This document shows, in pieces, positions 44,259 through 45,131 of a stretch of DNA of 45,131 bases; within the stretch, counting starts at the first letter, position 1, and each line of letters opens with the position of its first letter. The stretch is taken from IMG/VR virus record IMGVR_UViG_3300020131_000002, positions 1 through 45,131 of that record; one strand, written 5' to 3'. Both the position numbers and the translations under genes were made by a program. This DNA comes from a virus (Duplodnaviria; Caudoviricetes). The notes under the pieces are model-generated. The model was not told the origin of the DNA. It searched no databases and worked only from the letters and a program-made list of their open reading frames with translations.

Positions 44259-45131
44259 TGGATGAGATGAAAAAGCTGCTGCGCTACGGCGGCAAGGAAC
44301 ACGAAGCGCTTTCGAAAAAGCTCTATCATAGGTTGAAGCTGAGCAAGGATAAGTTCGAGCCGGCGCATAGCCAAATGGCGAAGAATGAAGAACAGTTCCG
44401 CGCTTACATCCCCGAGACAGAGGCGGACAAGCTTCGGAGCTCTTCCCGGCAGTCAGGTATGCCGCAATACACCACCATCGAGGTGCCGTATAGCTATGCG
44501 CAGGTACTTGCCACCCACACCTACATTACCTCGGTATTTCTGTCGCGCGACCCGATACTGCAGTATGCCGGGCGGCACGGGGAAAGTCAGCAGCAGGAAC
44601 AGTGCGTTGAAGCGCTAATGGCGTATCAAATGCAGCAGGCTATGGTGCAAATGTACATTTGGCTGCTTGACCCGGGTAAGTACGGGTACGGAGTGGTGGG
44701 GCACTACTGGTGTGAGGAAACTGTCCGGGTGCGGGAAAAGGTGCAGGAAGCCCCCTCTATCATGGGCATACCCATCCCCGGCCTGCCTCCAAAGACTGTC
44801 GACCGGGTGAAGGAAATCCCTGGTTACGTGGGTAACAAGCTGTACAATGTACGGCCTCAAGACTTCTTCCCCGACCCACGCGTGACACTGTCACAGTTCC
44901 AACGTGGCGAGTTCTGCGCACGGTACGTAGAGCTAACCTGGGCCGAGCTGCATGACGGGCAACGGAAGGGGAAGTATTTTAACCTCAAGGAACTCCGGCA
45001 GAAAGAGACCAGTAACGGGGCGGGCGATCACGCCGATCTTCCCCGCGATACAGGCTCGAGCGCGGTTTCGAATCTCCCCAACACCGACACGGAACAGACA
45101 ACCTGGAACTCGGAAAACGAGCAGCGCAACA
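44258..45131 (+). CDS. Portal protein, N-terminal part (runs through the junction into 1..1188)
   Basis: TGATG overlap with the TerL stop and GGAGG RBS; open to the window end and in frame with position 1. Missed by the ORF track because it has no stop. Confidence 0.85.
   Translation, partial: MDEMKKLLRYGGKEHEALSKKLYHRLKLSKDKFEPAHSQMAKNEEQFRAYIPETEADKLRSSSRQSGMPQYTTIEVPYSYAQVLATHTYITSVFLSRDPILQYAGRHGESQQQEQCVEALMAYQMQQAMVQMYIWLLDPGKYGYGVVGHYWCEETVRVREKVQEAPSIMGIPIPGLPPKTVDRVKEIPGYVGNKLYNVRPQDFFPDPRVTLSQFQRGEFCARYVELTWAELHDGQRKGKYFNLKELRQKETSNGAGDHADLPRDTGSSAVSNLPNTDTEQTTWNSENEQRN
45005..45131. repeat. Terminal direct repeat, copy 2 (identical to 1-127)
   Basis: Direct comparison of the two ends. 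Confidence 0.95.

Overview
The window is a complete, circularly assembled genome of a lytic-looking tailed phage with podovirus-like gene content. It has 45,004 bp of unique sequence: bases 1-127 repeat at 45005-45131 as an assembly overlap that cuts the portal gene. Sigma70-type promoters suggest a proteobacterial host (inference). The + strand late arm (41700 across the junction to 20420) encodes TerS, an endonuclease, TerL, portal, scaffold and major capsid. It continues with a glycosyltransferase/decoration module, adaptor, tail fibre, an embedded lysis cassette, tail nozzle, a GNAT-like protein and ejection proteins. The largest ejection protein (2079 aa) carries a zincin peptidase motif and an ADP-ribosyltransferase-like domain. 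The - strand arm (39773 to 20368) encodes many small early proteins, a MazG-like enzyme, a PD-(D/E)XK exonuclease, AAA ATPase, SSB, ParB-methyltransferase, ThyX, a UDG-fused PolA with His at the 762-equivalent position, a DUF3987-type ATPase and an HTH protein. I recognised no integrase, RNA polymerase, primase, tRNA or CRISPR array. Four unexplained structures stand out: six dispersed copies of a 33-bp palindrome positioned on or near promoters; a ~340-bp degenerate palindrome between divergent promoters (candidate origin or genome end); two convergent paralogous ~160-aa genes; and several multi-hairpin intergenic elements. All family assignments come from visual motif recognition, with no database searches.
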